A stretch of DNA of 49,478 nt from an uncultured Anaerolineaceae bacterium (GTDB lineage Bacteria; Chloroflexota; Anaerolineae; Anaerolineales; E44-bin32): NCBI GenBank assembly GCA_964492235.1, contig CAZBJQ010000003.1, positions 1-49,478 of the forward strand, read 5' to 3'. Below, piece by piece: positions 35,441-45,028 of this stretch. Numbering within the stretch: position 1 is the first letter of the stretch; each line of letters opens with the position of its first letter. Both the position numbers and the translations under genes were made by a program. The notes under the pieces were generated by a model. That model ran no database searches. It was not told where the DNA came from and was given only the letters and a program-made list of their open reading frames with translations.

Positions 35441-35497
35441 TGGCGGCCGCAGGCTATAATCAGCCGGCATTTCGCTCGGCCGGTGGAGGTGGGATGG

Positions 35498-36055
35498 ATG
35501 CTGCCGCAACGTGAGACCTATGCCGTTCAGGTTGCCGGGCTCGAGCGTCACTTGCCGCTGTTCGAGGTGGCGCCTGGGCTGCGCATCGCCGTCCTCAATA
35601 TCCTGGGCGACACCGAACTGGTGCAGGCGTGCGCCGAGGCCCTGGACCGGGCGTTGAAAAGCAAACCTTTCGATCTGATCGTCACCGCCGAAGCCAAGAG
35701 CATCCCCCTGGCCCATGCCCTCTCCGTACTGACCGGCAAAAGCTACATCGTCCTGCGAAAGACCTACAAACCGTACATGGGCCAGGCCTTGCAGGCCGAG
35801 ACGCTGTCGATCACTACCGGCAAGCCGCAGCTGCTGATCCTGGATGAGAAGGACCGTCAGCGCATGAGTGGCAAGCGGGTGCTCCTTGTCGATGACGTCA
35901 TCAGCACTGGGTCGACGTTGGAGGGCATGCGCAAGGTGCTGCAGCTGGCGGGAGCAGAAGTCGCGGCCGAGGCGGCGATCTTCACCGAAGGCGACCCGGC
36001 CGACTGGAAACACGTGACCGCCCTGGGTCATCTGCCCCTGTTCAAAGCCGGCTGA
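35498..36055 (+). CDS. Phosphoribosyltransferase family protein (Apt/purine PRT-like)
   Basis: PRPP-binding loop VLLVDDVISTGST. ATG 35498 is preceded by GGAGGTGGG. TATAAT at 35455-35460. Confidence 0.75.
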   Translation: MLPQRETYAVQVAGLERHLPLFEVAPGLRIAVLNILGDTELVQACAEALDRALKSKPFDLIVTAEAKSIPLAHALSVLTGKSYIVLRKTYKPYMGQALQAETLSITTGKPQLLILDEKDRQRMSGKRVLLVDDVISTGSTLEGMRKVLQLAGAEVAAEAAIFTEGDPADWKHVTALGHLPLFKAG

Positions 36056-36087
36056 TCCATTCCTGCGTGACAAGAGGCAGAATGCAA

Positions 36088-36128
36088 GCGACGGGCGGCA
36101 GATCTCTGCCTCCCGTCGCTCACGTTTC
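36088..36128. terminator. Stem-loop between convergent genes, likely a bidirectional terminator
   Basis: gcgacgggcggcaga-tctc-tgcctcccgtcgc, one bulge, followed by tcacgtttct. Confidence 0.6.
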
Positions 36129-36131
36129 TAG

Positions 36132-36950
36132 CTAACCTGGCCGGCGAGCGGTGATGGCCATGCTGGTGAACCGGGCTGCCACCTGCTGGATGTCAGCTTC
36201 CGGCAGATCGGCCAAACCAGCAGGACTGTCGCTCGTCACGTCCTCGGCCGACATTCGACGCAGCACTTGAAGATCGATGTCGCTGAAGCCGGCGGCTTCG
36301 AGCTGCGCCCGCAGGTCGGCCGTCGTCAGCGCGCCGGCCGAGCAGCTGGCCCAGTCCAAGCGGTTGCGGATCGCCTCTTCGCTCAGGGTGAAGCCCCGCA
36401 GGTCCGGGTCGATGACGATATCGGACACCGCCAGGCGCCCGCCGGGGCGCAGCACGCGCCATGCCTCGCCCAGGGCGCGGGACTTGTCGAGGGTGAGATT
36501 GAGCACGCAATTCGAGAGGATCACATCGACCGAACGATCCGGGAGTGGGATGTCTTCGAGGTCGCCGTGCAGGAAGGACACGTGCTCGACGCCAGCCTTG
36601 CTTGCGTTGCGCCGGGCGAGGTCGAGCATGTCGGGGTTGGCATCCAAGCCGTAGACGAAGCCCTCCCGGCCGACACGCTGCGCCGCCAGGAGCACGTCCA
36701 ATCCGCCGCCGGATCCAAGGTCGAGCACGACCTCGCCGGGGCGCAAGCTGGCCAGTGCCAGCGGGTTGCCGCAACCACGAGCGCTGCGGACGGCCGCCGT
36801 GGGAATCCGCGCCAATTCGTCGGCCGGGTAGTCCGGTGCACAGCAAGCGGCAGCCGGGGCGCAGCAGCCAGCGTCGCCGTTGGAGCGTGCGACCGCCGAG
36901 TAGTGGGTGCGGACGCTCTGCTCGATTCGCGTGCGGTTGTCATCGTCCAT
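36132..36950 (-). CDS. arsM: Arsenite S-adenosylmethionine methyltransferase
   Basis: N-terminal Cys pairs ([12 protein letters not shown]), RGCGNP, SAM motif [23 protein letters not shown] upstream of the ATG at 36950. Confidence 0.85.
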   Translation of the reverse strand: MDDDNRTRIEQSVRTHYSAVARSNGDAGCCAPAAACCAPDYPADELARIPTAAVRSARGCGNPLALASLRPGEVVLDLGSGGGLDVLLAAQRVGREGFVYGLDANPDMLDLARRNASKAGVEHVSFLHGDLEDIPLPDRSVDVILSNCVLNLTLDKSRALGEAWRVLRPGGRLAVSDIVIDPDLRGFTLSEEAIRNRLDWASCSAGALTTADLRAQLEAAGFSDIDLQVLRRMSAEDVTSDSPAGLADLPEADIQQVAARFTSMAITARRPG

Positions 36951-37344
36951 CCATCACCTCCTGAGTTCGGGCACGCCTCTGTTGCGCACCCAGGGAAAGC
37001 AGATAGCTCTGCATGCGCCCGCGGCGCAAGCCAACCTCATCCCCGATCAAGGTGTAAAAAGCCCACAAGCCGCGACGGGTGGCGGTGACCAGCCCGGCCT
37101 GACGCAGGAGCCGCAGATGATGCGACACTGTGGGCTGCTTAACCGGCAACGCCGCCTCCAGATCGCAGACACACACCTCTCCCCCCCGCTCCGCCAGCAG
37201 ATCGAGGATCTGCAATCGAATTGGATCGGCCAGGAGCTGGAAGTCCTGTGCCAGCAGGCTCGCCGGCTCGTCCGGCAGGCGCAGGTCGGCGGGCGAGGTG
37301 CAGCAGCGGCTGCGCAGCTGTCGGGAGGTCGGTGGGTTAGGCAT
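36940..37344 (-). CDS. arsR: ArsR/SmtB-family metalloregulator
   Basis: LADPIRLQILDLL...VCVCDL...QPTVSHHLRLLRQAGLV. Overlaps the arsM start by 11 nt. Confidence 0.85.
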   Translation of the reverse strand: MPNPPTSRQLRSRCCTSPADLRLPDEPASLLAQDFQLLADPIRLQILDLLAERGGEVCVCDLEAALPVKQPTVSHHLRLLRQAGLVTATRRGLWAFYTLIGDEVGLRRGRMQSYLLSLGAQQRRARTQEVMDGR

Positions 37345-37370
37345 GCTTTGCTCGAGCCACGCCGCTGAGT

Positions 37371-37408
37371 CTAGCCGATATATTGATGATTGTCAATATA
37401 GTGGCTAG
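37371..37408. promoter_or_regulatory. 38-bp imperfect palindrome in an AT-rich island upstream of arsR, a candidate ArsR operator/promoter
   Basis: CTAGCCGATATATTGA-tgattg-TCAATATAGTGGCTAG. The arms match at 14 of 16 positions. Lies 27-64 nt upstream of the arsR ATG at 37344. Confidence 0.55.
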
Positions 37409-37768
37409 GGTGCCGGAGGCAGCCAGTGGGCGGTAACCGGTGGGGAACAGATATGTCCAGCGAGGCCCGGTCTCGGTGCGGCGAGGGCTGATGGCGGGAG
37501 AGACACCGTTGCGGCGCGTCGGGCTGGAGCTGCAACGGCGGAGACGGCCGACCGAGGTGCTGCCTAGGAGGTCCGTGATTGCCCCTGCTGGCGCACCGAA
37601 CTGCGAGGTCGCTGGCATTTCGACGGGCGGGATGTGAGGGGCGAGATGGGCGAGGCGCCGCACGGTCCAGAGGCTTTTGAGCGGTCTATGTCTGTCAGCT
37701 TGATCCGGTGCTGGAGGAGCGAGAGGCCGACAGCTCGTGGGGCGGTCCGTGTTACGACAGGTCCGGCA

Positions 37769-38212
37769 CTAGCCGCACATCGCCGCGATCGCCAGCCACT
37801 CCGCTTCGAACGTGCCGCGCAGCACCCGGCCGTCGCTCATTCCCAACGTCCACGTTCCCCGCACCGTGCCTTGATCGCTCGGGGCCTCGAACATGACCTC
37901 GCCCCATTCCGCCGGTTGGCAGGTCTCCGGCTCGTAGCAGTAAGCCCCCTGCCCCGCCGGATGCGCAGCGTCAAAGCGCACCTCGGCCGGCAAATCGATT
38001 CCCGCGCTTGGCCACAAATTGAAGAAGACTTCAGCCAGTCCCTCGTCCGCTTCGAGGCGGATCTCCGTGGACGGGGCATCATGCGGCGCACACCCCGGGC
38101 GCATGGTGCCGGCGTAGCCGTCGGGCGGCACCTCGGTCGGCGCACGGCTGCAGGTCGAAGCCAGCGCCGCGGCCACGACCCAACCCAGCAGCAGGACAGG
38201 TCCCCGGGTCAT
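37769..38212 (-). CDS. Small lipoprotein of unknown function
   Basis: Trimmed to ATG 38212, with AGGAGG upstream. Lipobox LASTC. Four further Cys. 147 aa. Confidence 0.55.
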   Translation of the reverse strand: MTRGPVLLLGWVVAAALASTCSRAPTEVPPDGYAGTMRPGCAPHDAPSTEIRLEADEGLAEVFFNLWPSAGIDLPAEVRFDAAHPAGQGAYCYEPETCQPAEWGEVMFEAPSDQGTVRGTWTLGMSDGRVLRGTFEAEWLAIAAMCG

Positions 38213-38399
38213 CTCTAGCCTCCTACTTGCAGCCACGAAGAGTGAGGCCGAGCAACCTTCCCGGCCTGAAGGATCTTGTCCAACCAGTGATGGAGGCTTC
38301 ACTCCCATCACTGGTTGGACAGTCTCGAACGCTGCAGCACAACTTATGACTGCACCCTCTGAGCAACCGTTCCTACGGCCACATGCAACCTCGACATGG

Positions 38400-39896
38400 C
38401 TAAGGCCACTCGTATCGCACCAGGTAGGTCAGTGTCTTCTCGCCGTTGGCCGGCACCGGGAGCCGGAACTCGATGGTCGAAGAGTCGAGCTTGGTGTAGT
38501 CATCCGAGGCCGTCAGGACCTTCCAGTCGCTCCAGCGGAACAGATGCTCGACCACCCGCACTTCGACCTTCTCGTCCTTGTGATTGCGCAGCGTAATGCG
38601 GAATCCCTCTTCCAGGCTGTGGTCGGAAGGACGGGTGAAGTCGGTCTGGATGCGCTCGCCGACGATGTCGAAGGCATCACCCACATACAGGCGGACCTGC
38701 TCGCCCTTCGGCGTGTGATCGATCATGTCCTCGCCGATAAGCAAGGCTGCTCCGTCCACGTCCTCCTGATAGACCCGTACCCGCCCGCGGGGCAAGTCGG
38801 CATCAACTTCCTCGGTGTCAAACTCGACCATCACCATCACCTTGGGGTTGGAGGCAATGCCATAGGAGGGATCGGTTTGGGCGTAGCCCTGGAAGACACA
38901 ATACCAGTAATTGTCGCGGCACTGCAGGCCGTCGTAGACGAAGAACTTAGCCGCCGGCACATCGGCTGCGCTGACGAACTCGATCTGCTTGGACTCGTTG
39001 TCGCGCACGGTCACCGGGCGCGGGATCTCGTACAGGTGGTACTCGAAGAACTCGCGCTGCTCGACCGGGGCGGCCGTCGGCGCCGCCGCCTGCTCCATCA
39101 TCATGGCGTCAGCGGCGTAGCCCGGCTGCGGCAGCCGCTGCAGGTCGCCGGCGATCAGCTTGAGCAGGGCGTCGCGGAAAGTGGCGCCGCTGGTGTTGCT
39201 GAGCGAAATCCAGCCATCGAGGTCGATGGCGCCGTCATCCTTGGCGAGCAGAAGCACATAGTCGGCCGCCCAGGACATCCCGCCGGTCAGGTACGTGACT
39301 TCGACGTCCTGCTTCCCGGCCTGGTCCGCCAACACCTTCCAAGCCAACGTCGGCCGCGTGATCAACCCGTCGGGAAGCTCGGGGAACGATAGCTCGCGCA
39401 GCGAGGCGACTTGGATGACGGAGACCTCCCCCGCCGGTGTGCGCAGGATGATGTCGCCGCGGCCGCTGAGCAGCGTGCCGGTGTGGATTTTCCCGTCCTC
39501 GGTCACCACGCTGATCGTCTCATCCAGGTACTTCTCCAGCAATGCGGCCGAGCCGACCAGGTCGAAGACGTAATTCTGCTCAAGGACGGCGGTGCCACGC
39601 GGATCGCTCAGCGACTTGAACAGCACGCTGGTCGGGTCGATCAACGCCGCTACATCGCTGAAATCCAGGTCGTTCATGCCTTGCCGAAACGTGAACTGAC
39701 GTCGGTCACGCACCAGCGCCGTGCCCTGGTTGTAAATCGTCAGGGCGACCCCGCTCTCGGCGGCCTCGGCCGTCGGCGTTTCGGCCGGCGTCCCCGGGGT
39801 TGGTAGGACGGCGAACCAGGTGCAGGCGGCGACCAGCAAGCCAGCCGCGATCCACGGCAGCAAGCGGCGGGCGGGTCGGCGTTCGTTGGTGGTCAT
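38400..39896 (-). CDS. DUF4139-like membrane-anchored/secreted protein
   Basis: Trimmed to ATG 39896, with GAGGAGG upstream. N-terminal anchor, then ALTIYNQGTALVRDRR...LDFSDV...IDPTSV...TYLTGGMSWAADY, recalled as typical of the DUF4139 family. Confidence 0.7.
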   Translation of the reverse strand: MTTNERRPARRLLPWIAAGLLVAACTWFAVLPTPGTPAETPTAEAAESGVALTIYNQGTALVRDRRQFTFRQGMNDLDFSDVAALIDPTSVLFKSLSDPRGTAVLEQNYVFDLVGSAALLEKYLDETISVVTEDGKIHTGTLLSGRGDIILRTPAGEVSVIQVASLRELSFPELPDGLITRPTLAWKVLADQAGKQDVEVTYLTGGMSWAADYVLLLAKDDGAIDLDGWISLSNTSGATFRDALLKLIAGDLQRLPQPGYAADAMMMEQAAAPTAAPVEQREFFEYHLYEIPRPVTVRDNESKQIEFVSAADVPAAKFFVYDGLQCRDNYWYCVFQGYAQTDPSYGIASNPKVMVMVEFDTEEVDADLPRGRVRVYQEDVDGAALLIGEDMIDHTPKGEQVRLYVGDAFDIVGERIQTDFTRPSDHSLEEGFRITLRNHKDEKVEVRVVEHLFRWSDWKVLTASDDYTKLDSSTIEFRLPVPANGEKTLTYLVRYEWP

Positions 39897-40022
39897 AGCG
39901 CTCCTCCTCGTACAGACTGCTTGGGAGACGCCGGCGCCGGCCGTCAGGTTCCCGGGGCCCGCCTGCGAAGCCCTCAAGTGGAGCAAATCGCTCTGATATA
40001 ATCCCGGCGGCTGGAGGCGCGA

Positions 40023-40667
40023 GTGATCTTCGGGTTGGGTTCACGCCGAGAGGAAGAGGCCAAGGTGCGGGGGAGCGGCCGTTTGCCCCCCGGCCAGTCA
40101 CTGACGCAGAAGTTTCCGGTGCTCCACTACGGCCCCGTGCCACGCTTCGACCCGGCTACCTGGGACTTCCGGGTGTGGGGGGAGGTAGAAGAGGAAAGGC
40201 GCTGGACCTGGGAAGGATTCCAGCAGCTGCCACGCACCTGCCTGCACATGGATATTCACTGCGTGACGCGTTGGAGCAAGTTCGACACGGATTGGGAAGG
40301 GGTCTCGGTGAGGACTCTGATCGAGACGGGGCTGGTACGTCTCAAGCCGGCGGCCCGGTTCATCCTGCAGCACTGTGAGTATGGTTTCACCGTGAACATC
40401 CCGCTGGAAGTGGCCCTGGCAGAGAACTTTCTGATGGCGACGCACTTCGACGGTGGACCTTTGACGCCTGACCACGGCTACCCTGTCCGAGGTGTGGTGG
40501 GCTCCATCCCCGGAAACGACCAGCTGAAGGTGCCGTACTTCTGGAAGGGCGGCAAGTGGCTGCGCGGGCTGGAATTCATGGCGCAGGATCGCCTTGGCTT
40601 CTGGGAGCAGGCCGGCTATCACAACGAGGCCGACGTCTGGAAGGAACAGCGTACGGCCGGCTGGTGA
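40023..40667 (+). CDS. Sulfite-oxidase-like molybdopterin oxidoreductase (small YedY/MsrP-related type)
   Basis: LPPGQ...FPVLHYG...DIHCVTRWSKFD...GYPVR..VP..YFWKG.KWL. GTG 40023. TATAAT at 39996-40001. Confidence 0.85.
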   Translation: MIFGLGSRREEEAKVRGSGRLPPGQSLTQKFPVLHYGPVPRFDPATWDFRVWGEVEEERRWTWEGFQQLPRTCLHMDIHCVTRWSKFDTDWEGVSVRTLIETGLVRLKPAARFILQHCEYGFTVNIPLEVALAENFLMATHFDGGPLTPDHGYPVRGVVGSIPGNDQLKVPYFWKGGKWLRGLEFMAQDRLGFWEQAGYHNEADVWKEQRTAGW

Positions 40668-40684
40668 ACACCGCCACCATCGGC

Positions 40685-40718
40685 AGCGCCCGCCGCGTGG
40701 CGGGCGCTGTGTGTTTAT
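40685..40718 (+). terminator. Rho-independent terminator after the molybdoenzyme gene
   Basis: agcgcccgcc-gcgt-ggcgggcgct, a perfect 10-bp GC stem, followed by gtgtgtttat. Confidence 0.7.
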
Positions 40719-41088
40719 GGGTTCCCTCACGCGTATAATCACTCAGGGTGGCATGTCCGAAGTTGACGAATGCGGAGAAGCGACCAGCGCGCTCTCGACG
40801 AGCAGAAACGCGGTCCGGATCTCTACTCGCTATGGGTGGCGCAAACTGTGCGTCATGTTGCCGGCTGGCGTGACGCCTTTGATGACGGTCTGGGCGCGGA
40901 TTGTGCTGAGGTTGCACATCCCAGCCGACAACGGCACATGATCTCCCGACACTACGCCCGTAAGGCAAAGACCCGGTCGCTGGATCTCCCAGGAGACCAG
41001 CCTGTGTCCGAGTGCGGGCCCCAGGTGCCTCGGCTCCCCGAGTCTTGCAGGCGAACGCTACCCACACCGATCGAATGGCGATGCGGCA

Positions 41089-43110
41089 ATGCCCGGTAAG
41101 CTCCTGTCGTCGGAGCAGAGAACGGGTCAGACGCACGAGGGCGCCAGGCGGTGGCACTTACCTCTGGAGGACTCGCTCGCATGGAGTTGGGCCCTTGCCG
41201 CCTTGCTGATGCTGTGTCTTGCGGGCGGTCTGGTAATTGGCAATGATTTCGGGGCATCAACCGATGAGTACTTCAACGCGCGAGTTGGCCGGCAAGCGAT
41301 CCGGGAGTACCTGGGGACCGGCGCGCAGTACGACGACCCAGGCGTCTTGGCCGATCATGGCCCGGTCTACTTCATTCCGTGGTCGTTGATTGGGGATGGA
41401 ATTGGCCTGACCCTCCCGGGATGGACACGGCCAGACGGACGCCACATCTTCAACTACCTCTGCTTCTTGGTGGGCGTCTGGTGCTTCTACCTTATTGCCC
41501 AGCGTTACGTGCGGCGGCGCGCGGCGTGGATGGCATCGCTGCTGTTTGCCACCCAGCCCTTGCTGTTTGGCTATGCCTTCATCAACCAGAAGGACATCCC
41601 CTTCATGGTGTTCTTCTTGGCGACGGTGGCCAGCGGCCTTGCGGCCGTGGAGCGCCAGAAGAGCATGGCCGAGGGGAGAGCCAACCGAGCCCCAAAAGAT
41701 GCCCATCTGACCTCGGGGACCCGGTGGAACGGAGTTGTGGCCGATTGGCGAGGTCTCTCCGTCGGAGGCAAGACCGCGCTAGCGATCTTATTGCTGCTCA
41801 GTCTGAGCCTACTCTCTGATCTCTTCATCATCGGGTTGCTTCAAAACCAGAGCGCGGCGCTTCTTCGAGCCGCCTACGAGGGACGTGCCTCGCCGCTCGT
41901 GCAGCAGATCTTCTTCGCCGTTGCACAGGACGCATACAAGACCCCACTGGATCTGTACCAGGAGAAGCTGGTTGCGGGCTATAGCCTGCTGCGGCTGGTA
42001 GCTGTCCCAGTCGTGGCGGTCATCATCGGTGGGTTCGCTTGCCTGACCATGCCGTCCATGCGGAAAGGCTTGAGGGCGCTGTCCCGGGGCCCGCTGCCTT
42101 TGTGGCTCCTATCAGGTGTGCTACTCGGGTGCACCGTAAGTATTCGACAGGTCGGAGTGCTGGCTGGCGGGCTGGTAAGCGTCTACATGCTTGGCAGGTT
42201 GAAAGAAAGGGCGCTCCTGCCTTGCATGATGTTCTGGGGAGTGGCTGCCGCCACGACCTTCGCCACTTGGCCCTACCTCTGGCCGGATCCGATCCAGCGT
42301 TTCCTGGCGAGTATGGCAAGTGCATCGAGATTCGGCGGGAAGAGAGTGCTGTTCAACGGCGAGTTCCTGCCCTCGGAAGCGCTGCCGTGGAACTACTTCC
42401 CGACACTGGCTTCGCTGGAACTGACGGAGCCGGCGGTCGCGCTGATCCTATTCGGCCTGCCAGTGCTTATGTGGCGATTGGCCAAAGGCAGGACAGATTG
42501 GCCCGCCGGCCTTGTGATAGCCCTGTGGTTGGGTGTGCCGCTGGCCGGCGTCTACTTCTTCGGGATGACAGTCTATGACAACCTACGTCACTTTCTCTTT
42601 GTCCTGCCTGTCCTGTTTCTGCTCTCAGGCATGAGCATTGAACAGATTGTGGCGAATCCGAAATACCCGTGGGCGAGAATCGGATTTCTAGCCGTTGTCC
42701 TGGTGCCAGGCATCCTCGGCCTGGCGAGTCTGCATCCGTACGAGTACGCTTACTTCAATTCGTTTGTCGGGGGCGTCAGCGGGGCCTATGGTCGATACGA
42801 CCCGGAGCACTGGTGCACGTCGTACCGAGAGGCGATGCAGGTTGTGAACGAGGTCGCCGAGAAGGAGGCGCGGGTTCTGGCCCTGGGGCAACCGTGGAGT
42901 GCCCAGATGTTCCAGCGGGAGGATCTTCGCGTCATGGTGCGAAGCTCAAGCCTGCCGAAGGCGGAGTACATTCTTGTCTGCGCGTGGTATATGCGCCAGG
43001 ACTGGGGACGGGAGGGGTTTCAGAAGATCTATGAAGTCCGGCGTGGGGAGGCCGTCTTTGCCGAAGTCTGGAAACGGATTGGCGCCGGAGAGGCGGAGGC
43101 AGGAAGTTGA
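41089..43110 (+). CDS. GT-C fold glycosyltransferase, GT39 (ArnT/PMT)-like
   Basis: 673 aa with at least 12 TM helices. First loop GNDFGASTDEYFN (acidic DE motif), FINQKDIPFMVFF. Soluble C-terminal domain. Confidence 0.7.
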   Translation: MPGKLLSSEQRTGQTHEGARRWHLPLEDSLAWSWALAALLMLCLAGGLVIGNDFGASTDEYFNARVGRQAIREYLGTGAQYDDPGVLADHGPVYFIPWSLIGDGIGLTLPGWTRPDGRHIFNYLCFLVGVWCFYLIAQRYVRRRAAWMASLLFATQPLLFGYAFINQKDIPFMVFFLATVASGLAAVERQKSMAEGRANRAPKDAHLTSGTRWNGVVADWRGLSVGGKTALAILLLLSLSLLSDLFIIGLLQNQSAALLRAAYEGRASPLVQQIFFAVAQDAYKTPLDLYQEKLVAGYSLLRLVAVPVVAVIIGGFACLTMPSMRKGLRALSRGPLPLWLLSGVLLGCTVSIRQVGVLAGGLVSVYMLGRLKERALLPCMMFWGVAAATTFATWPYLWPDPIQRFLASMASASRFGGKRVLFNGEFLPSEALPWNYFPTLASLELTEPAVALILFGLPVLMWRLAKGRTDWPAGLVIALWLGVPLAGVYFFGMTVYDNLRHFLFVLPVLFLLSGMSIEQIVANPKYPWARIGFLAVVLVPGILGLASLHPYEYAYFNSFVGGVSGAYGRYDPEHWCTSYREAMQVVNEVAEKEARVLALGQPWSAQMFQREDLRVMVRSSSLPKAEYILVCAWYMRQDWGREGFQKIYEVRRGEAVFAEVWKRIGAGEAEAGS

Positions 43111-43219
43111 CCGCAGCGCTGGTGTGCGTGCCGGAAGGATCCAGCCCGTCGGTGGAAGGCGTCGGTGCAAACCGCAGGCAGTATTCTCGGCTATGCGCTG
43201 GCCTCGAGGACGAAACCAC

Positions 43220-43894
43220 ATGAGTGAGGCGGATGTCTTCGCCGAGGCGCGCCGGCGCATGGTCGATGAGCAGATGTGTGGACGTGACATCCGCTCGCCG
43301 CGCGTGCTCGAGGTCTTCCGCCGAGTGCCACGCCACTGCTTCGTGCCGGCAGACGAGCGTCACCTGGCTTATGCCGATGCACCCCTTCCGATTGGCCACC
43401 GCCAGACGATCTCGCAACCTTACATCGTCGCCCTGATGACCCAGCTCCTGGACTTATGTGGCGACGAGGCCGTGCTCGAGATCGGCACCGGCTCCGGCTA
43501 CCAGGCAGCCGTCTTGGCGTACCTCGCCCGGTGGGTGTACACGATCGAGCGCGTCCCCGAACTGTGCAGGCAGGCGCGCGCTGCCCTGACCGAGTTGGGC
43601 CTGGAAAACGTGACCGTTGTCGAAGGTGATGGGACACAAGGCCTGCCAGACCATTCCCCCTACCAGGCGATCGTTGTGACGGCGGCCGCCCCCGGCGTGC
43701 CTGAGCCGCTCAAGCGCCAGCTGGCTGACGGCGGACGGCTAGTGCTGCCGGTCGGCGGGCGTGGCGGCCAGATGCTGGAACGTTGGCGGCGAAGCGGCGA
43801 CCGCTACGACTGTGAACAGATCGCTCCGGTAGCCTTCGTGCCGCTGATCGGCCAGCACGGCTGGTCTTCTGAAGCATCGTCGTTCTTCCACTAG
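43220..43894 (+). CDS. pcm: Protein-L-isoaspartate O-methyltransferase
   Basis: QTISQPYIVALM and LEIGTGSGYQAAVLA motifs. Trimmed to ATG 43220 because the track start lies inside the preceding gene. Confidence 0.92.
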   Translation: MSEADVFAEARRRMVDEQMCGRDIRSPRVLEVFRRVPRHCFVPADERHLAYADAPLPIGHRQTISQPYIVALMTQLLDLCGDEAVLEIGTGSGYQAAVLAYLARWVYTIERVPELCRQARAALTELGLENVTVVEGDGTQGLPDHSPYQAIVVTAAAPGVPEPLKRQLADGGRLVLPVGGRGGQMLERWRRSGDRYDCEQIAPVAFVPLIGQHGWSSEASSFFH

Positions 43895-44008
43895 GAAGCT
43901 GATGGAAAAGCCGCGCCTCCTGAGAGAAACTGGCACATATGCAGTTCCCTTCTCTGAGAAAGGCGTTCTTCATCAACCTGCCAAGTGCGCAGAAAGGGAT
44001 GGGTGTGA

Positions 44009-45028
44009 GTGGTGCGGACTTCCATCGAGCCTTCATTGGGGTTGGCGGTTGCACTCGCGTTCTGGCTTGCCGCCAGCGGCTGCAGTCCCGCCTCGCGGCC
44101 GGAACCGCAGCCGCCAGCCGGGGCAGCCGCCGTCTTGAACCAGGTAGCGACGGACACTCCGGCTCCAACAGCCTCCCCCAGCCCACCGCCTGAGCCCTCT
44201 CCCACCGCCGGGCCGGTGCCACCGCTCGGCCGAGTGTTCATCATCGTTCTCGAGAACCGGGAGTTCAGCCAGGTAGTAGGCAACCCCACGGCGCCGAACA
44301 TCCAGCGTTGGATCAGCGAAGGCGGACTGCTGACCGAATACTATGCCATTGACCATCCCTCCTTCCCCAACTACCTGGCTCTGATCGCGGGCGACACCTT
44401 CGGGATGGACTACAACTGCGAAGACTGCTACCAGCCGGGACCGACGCTGACCGATCAGCTGGAGGACAGCGGCCGGGAATGGCGGGCCTACGTTGAGGGC
44501 ATGCCCGAGCCGTGCTTCGACCTGACCGTGGGCACGTATGCCAAACGCCACAACCCGTTCGTGTACTTCGAGACCATCCGCGGCGATCGCGATCAGTGCC
44601 GGTCCAAGGTCGTGCCCTTCCCGGCATTCTGGGAGGATCTCCAACGAAACACCCTGCCGGACCTGGTCTGGCTGATTCCGGATATCTGCAACGGCGGCCA
44701 CGACTGCGACCTGATGGTCTCGGATGCCTGGCTGGCCGAGGTCGTGGAGTCCGTCCGCCGGTCGCCTTCGTACGCACAGGACTCGCTGATCGTCATCGCC
44801 TGGGAAGAGGGGGTGAGCGAGGCGGGCTGCTGTGGGCTGGCCGAGGGTGGCAAGGTGGCCGTCATCCTGCTTTCGCCGCGACTCGTTCCGGGCGCGCAGG
44901 ATGACACCCTGTACACGCACTACTCCCTGCTCAAGACGCTCGAGTCCGGCTGGGGGCTACCCTACCTCGGGCATGCTGCGGATCCGGGGACTGCCGTCAT
45001 CGAGGCCATTTGGGCCGCAGCACCCTGA
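44009..45028 (+). CDS. Lipoprotein, phosphoesterase family (acid phosphatase / phospholipase C-like)
   Basis: Lipobox LAASGC and a Pro-rich linker. VFIIVLENREF...HPSFPNYLALIAG...NGGHD motifs. Confidence 0.8.
   Translation: MVRTSIEPSLGLAVALAFWLAASGCSPASRPEPQPPAGAAAVLNQVATDTPAPTASPSPPPEPSPTAGPVPPLGRVFIIVLENREFSQVVGNPTAPNIQRWISEGGLLTEYYAIDHPSFPNYLALIAGDTFGMDYNCEDCYQPGPTLTDQLEDSGREWRAYVEGMPEPCFDLTVGTYAKRHNPFVYFETIRGDRDQCRSKVVPFPAFWEDLQRNTLPDLVWLIPDICNGGHDCDLMVSDAWLAEVVESVRRSPSYAQDSLIVIAWEEGVSEAGCCGLAEGGKVAVILLSPRLVPGAQDDTLYTHYSLLKTLESGWGLPYLGHAADPGTAVIEAIWAAAP

Noticed and set aside
40753-41099. Small ORFs in the leader before the GT-C gene: 63 codons from 40753 and the 109-aa track ORF from 40770
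   Set aside because: No convincing ribosome-binding site, no recognisable family, and an Arg-rich composition. The region is kept only as a non-coding or leader candidate in the findings.
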